A DNA stretch of 64,000 bases, taken from contig CM035360.1 in NCBI GenBank assembly GCA_020137815.1, forward strand, positions 7,564,001-7,628,000, written 5' to 3'. The notes beneath the pieces are model-generated. The model saw only the letters and a program-made list of their open reading frames with translations, ran no database searches and had not been told where the DNA came from. Below, one piece after another: positions 59,686 through 64,000 of the stretch. The translations under genes were made by a program, and so were the position numbers. This DNA comes from Hormiphora californensis (lineage: Eukaryota > Animalia > Ctenophora). Every line of letters begins with the position of its first letter. The first letter of the stretch is position 1.

Positions 59686-60864
59686 ATGTATCTTGCTCTA
59701 ACTACCCTTCTCTGCGGGTCCCTAGTCGTCGCGATTGAAGATCCATGGACCAACCCTCCCTTCATGGCCTGTTTCAAACCTACAAACCCTTTGCAGCACC
59801 AGGCACCATACTACTCGGTGACAGCAACCAACCCTGTAGCGTGTGCAGATCTCTGTCTCCTCTACTCTAACTGCACCACTATCACATTCCATCTGGTTAC
59901 CCAGTCCTGTTCCCTGTTCAATATGAACCACATTCTTTATACCAAACCATCCATGGTACATCTGACAGCATCCATTTACTGCATCACCATCAACAGCTAC
60001 TACACCTCCCTCACCATGCCTGAAGTTATTGTAATGACACTCACAGTTGACTGCATGTTTGAGCGGAGTTTTCTGAAGGGAAATTCCAGGGTTTGTCTTT
60101 CTAGGATGGGTGCTATGTCGGTAAAGTGGGGAAAATGTTCGGGAACAAAGAGTGTGGTTTGGAAGATGGAGCAGATGAGTAATGGGCCGCCAGTTGGTAA
60201 CTCTCTATCCATCTTTGTGCAGATGCGAGTTAAGTCCACTGATCTCTGTCTTGCTCATGCTAGTAAAGTTCTTGGAGTTTCGAGTACCGGAGTTTTCCTT
60301 GCGAAATGCTCAGAGAACGTGACATCCGACCCGACCCAGCAATTTGTGATAGTGTTTGATTCAGATATTGAGTTTGGTATAAATCTGAACATTCTAGAAA
60401 CCAGTATCACAGAGCCAAATTATAGTGATCCAATCCTCTTATACGGAACTGTTAAAAACATAACGAATGAAGATATTATGTATTTGGAAACCATCGCCTC
60501 ACAACTAAACGGATTCTTTGTTCCCGCCCATGTCATGCCTTGTGACACTTCAACCATTGGATGGAGATATGGAGAAATTCGTACCAAATCTACCCTCACC
60601 CAGGTTCCAGCGGGTGTCATGGCGACCCAGGTGTGTCCCAATGGGGTTGAGACCACGGTGACATGTTCTAACCGCACCTTTATCGGCCTCACTAAGTGTA
60701 CTGAAGAGGAGAAGGAAGTAGAGGAAGGGATGGTGGTGATACAGAGTAAGTTGCTCTACACTCTTTACGCAATGAGTGCATCGTTCGTGTTTTTCTTTCT
60801 TATTTCTGTAGCGGTGTACTCCGTTTCTAGTGCAGTGAAAACGGCAAGAGAGATGAATGAGTAA
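59686..60864 (+). CDS. Single-exon type I membrane protein: signal peptide, PAN/Apple-like domain, Cys-rich ectodomain, TM helix, short tail
   Basis: MYLALTTLLCGSLVVA; CADLC...CTTITF...SCSLF; TM LLYTLYAMSASFVFFFLISVAVY. Confidence 0.8.
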   Translation: MYLALTTLLCGSLVVAIEDPWTNPPFMACFKPTNPLQHQAPYYSVTATNPVACADLCLLYSNCTTITFHLVTQSCSLFNMNHILYTKPSMVHLTASIYCITINSYYTSLTMPEVIVMTLTVDCMFERSFLKGNSRVCLSRMGAMSVKWGKCSGTKSVVWKMEQMSNGPPVGNSLSIFVQMRVKSTDLCLAHASKVLGVSSTGVFLAKCSENVTSDPTQQFVIVFDSDIEFGINLNILETSITEPNYSDPILLYGTVKNITNEDIMYLETIASQLNGFFVPAHVMPCDTSTIGWRYGEIRTKSTLTQVPAGVMATQVCPNGVETTVTCSNRTFIGLTKCTEEEKEVEEGMVVIQSKLLYTLYAMSASFVFFFLISVAVYSVSSAVKTAREMNE

Positions 60865-61769
60865 CTTTACTTTGTTCTGAGAAGTGGACCAGAATTGAAG
60901 CCATCCTACAAAGTAGCTCCTTTTTATTTTCAAACAATTTCAGCAGGGATATTCGATATAATCTTGGGTAACATAAATCAGTGTTTTCTGGACAGCTCGT
61001 CTATCTATCATGTCCGGGTTGTGCTTGTGGTACAGATATACAAGGGTGTGATGTGTACCTATATATATTATGCTGTTTAGTTATTCCAGCTCTTGATGAT
61101 TATTATTTTAATAAATCCATTGCTTTATCTCTCAACAGTCATTGGTCATTTATATTTAGCTGGTGACAAGTATAACACTACCCCTGCTATACAAGCCTAC
61201 ATGAAGGTCGGGGGCCCACTGCAGGTACAGACTGATAGAGTGCCGCGTGGATATTGTATTCTTCTCATGTATCTCTGTCTCTCTCAGTGTCCTTCTTTCT
61301 GTCTCTCTCTATCTTTTTCTCTATATTTCTCTATCCCTCTCTATCTCTCTCCCTCCCATTAAGACCACTATCTAAGTCACACTAAAACATATATTCACAC
61401 AGTGAAAAGCACCGAGCAGCAGAGGAGACTTTTTGCATAATCCCAGTAAGCGCACCCGACCCAACACGCACCTTTCTACCACTCCAAGCACTAAAAGCGT
61501 ATCTGTACTTCAATAAAATATCAATCACACCAAAAGATAAGCTCTCCAGACTAGCAGATCCATGTACCAAGATACGCCCAGAGGATCGGTCTGATTTGGT
61601 AGGTCACGTGATCTCAAGCCACATCCTGGTCGCTGTGTGTGCAAGAGCGTCAAACAAGCTTTTCTCTTGGTTTTCGTGTGTGTTTGTGTGCGTGTCTTAT
61701 CTTCAAGCACATATGCGTTTTATACCACTGTAAATAGCCTTGTAATATAATAATCTACACGCTGATTGA

Positions 61770-63905
61770 ATGAGGTTAGTTTAAAACCGTGTGTTGCTCT
61801 GGTGCAGATTTTAGTGTAAGATCCATTTAGTTGTAGCGTTTCTAAAAAGAGAATCAATCCAACTTGAGTTCATATATCAGTCCTTTATTTCAGAAATCTC
61901 ATATTTGCGGCAGCGCTCTTATGCTGCCTGTCCCTGCTTGTTGATGGGGCTTTCCAAAGGGGTGGGGTTATTAGAGTCCGGAGAGGTCTCTCCGTGAGAT
62001 ATGGATATATCCGATATAGGGGAAGGAGGACAGTCATCTACTACCGTGGCCAGCCAAGGTGCGTGTTCCTTTTTTACCTTTAACTACCACTGTGTGGGAT
62101 ATGAGAGATACCCATGTTCCCCGTACCTCTAAGTCCACCCCATCCCCTTACTTTAGTTCTAGATATGACCTGGTGCTTATTGACATGTGAATGTTACTGA
62201 CATGTGAACGTGTTGAGAGAGCCCGGTTAGACCTGTGGAATGCATTGATAGACAGAGAGAGCTAGTGAGATCGGCAGGTTTTACTGGTAGAGTTTAGATT
62301 AGTTTTTAGGGAAAGTTATTCAGATATATGAATCTGAATAGGCCGCCATCTTGACTTGAAAGGTGTTAACAGTTCTAGTCCAGAGAGCGTGTCTTAAACT
62401 TTGGTAGTACCCCTGTTGTTTCTGGTACAGAAGTCACGTGACTGTTTTGTTGACGGGATATTTAAGCAGAAGTGAAGAGAGACAGAGGAGAGATTCTTCT
62501 CTCTCGGGGTTCTTCTCTCTCCCACCACTGAACATCGTGTGTGAGTCTCGTCTGTGTGATCGACCGTCCCTGAGTTTTGATATGATCGTGTTTATGAATC
62601 TCTGTGATGCGTGAATGTGTGAATGATGAACTTTGTGTGCGAGATCTCCCGAAACAGTTGCAAACTTGGTGAACTACTGTGTTTTGAGATTCCCTGGGTG
62701 ACGAACCCGCAATCTGAACAAGCCTAACAACCACCCACCCACATATGAACGTCTAACATCCCCACCCCATACGTTCAACTGCACTTCCTACAACTCCAAT
62801 AATTGATCCTCCTCCAGGACATATCATGGTCGACCAGTGTGTCGGAGGAGATGCTACATTCGTTACTGTTATATAAACAGGAGGCGTGTACCGGTCTACT
62901 ACTTCACTCGCCGACCTGTCTATGGATACCGATCGAGGTAAACTCATGTAATGATAGTTCGCCACACAGTAGTACATATTTCAAGATATATCTCAGTCGC
63001 TAATCACACTCTTCCTTGACAGAGGTGGTAGAAGGTACAGGGTGGTCTATGTGAGGCACCCTCATCACTTTGTGAACAGGGGCAGAACCATTGTACTGGA
63101 TGGACCTACTTACAGGTACACAATTCTATAGATTCTACACACAACACACTGTTCCTTATACCATCTAGATCTGAACACACAGCCTCTCTTACGGCCACTT
63201 TCATGAGTCTAACCCAATTCTCAAATATCATATTTTCTTCCCTTGTCAGGAACATGCACGGTAGAATGCTGACCAGATCTCGTACCGGATCCTTCCATGC
63301 TGGTGGTAAGGGTTGCTACTACAAGGGTGCCTTTATTCCCTACGGATCGAGAAGGAAGACCAGCTCCTGTAATGTTTGTGTCTGCAGTGTTAGTGGAGGG
63401 TTCGCTAAACTGAAGTGCCATACTGACAGGTTTGTGATATCCGATGAGAAGATGATGAATCTTCTGGTTAAGATGTGTTCAAATGTATGATTATAGCTTT
63501 GGTTTATATCTGTATTCTGTGTTTCTCGCAGGGCTTGTCTGATGGAGAACATGAGGCGACCCGAGGTAACCACCCACGGGTACGGTGTATCTCGAAATGG
63601 ATGTAAATACGAGGGAAACATCATTCCTTTCGGGAAAATCGCCCAAGTATCTCGTTGTAAGGTAAGCATCTCTCTTTCTAAAAGTTAAATGCTTGTAATT
63701 GTAATGCCACAAAGACGTCTTGTTGGTGACTCTCTATCTCTTCCATCACCCTTTTTGTCCTAGGTGTGTGGGTGTTATGGCGAGCCCCGGGCAGCGACTG
63801 TAAAGTGTAAGATCGACAGCGCCTGTCTGAGGGGATACTGCTTGTACCATGGATATAAGATACCTTACGGGAAATCAATCGTCGCTGGATGTAAAATGTG
63901 CACCT
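61770..63905 (+). CDS. Secreted Arg/Tyr-rich protein with VWC-like Cys repeats, continues past window; exons 61770-61774,61894-62058,62818-62937,63023-63115,63250-63429,63532-63661,63764-63905
   Basis: Seven phase-consistent GT-AG exons with no stops; signal peptide MRNLIFAAALLCCLSLLVDG; three CxYxGxxIP[YF]G..CxxCxC units. Confidence 0.85.
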
Positions 63906-64000
63906 GTAAGTAATACTTATTACTATTAGTAACTGAACTGCCAGTGTTACAGAAATCTAATCGACTAATTAACCAATTAATTAGGTACTCGTGTTGGAGG

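Overview
Compact, intron-rich animal genomic DNA, most likely a cydippid ctenophore (Pleurobrachia/Hormiphora-like). This is inferred from a 40-nt match to the ctenophore spliced leader as I recall it, short CTAAC-branch introns, CT/GA microsatellites and a nested intronic gene. Layout: 3' part of PAPSS (+); a tyrosine-motif scaffold gene (+); a 26-kb run of nine tightly packed minus-strand genes (ankyrin, PGGHG, POLG2-like, C2H2-ZF, SMNDC1, CUTA, TDRD3-like, CLPX, ABCG5/8-like), each with a splice acceptor 1-18 nt before its ATG, i.e. a probable SL-trans-spliced operon; a PH-Btk gene nested antisense in the ABCG intron; divergent RPL19; a tandem pair of novel single-alpha-helix proteins; a PAN-domain membrane protein; and the start of a secreted Arg/Tyr-rich VWC-like protein. 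The most striking object is a 1.27-kb retroposed element at 44826-46097 (genomic spliced-leader copy + LINE ORF1-only gene + (TAA)n tail + 8-bp TSD). It is inserted into a MITE at the head of the putative operon. Several other MITE/foldback elements are present. About ten single-base indels in otherwise intact genes and two homopolymer-rich blocks suggest consensus errors. All gene models were assembled by eye.
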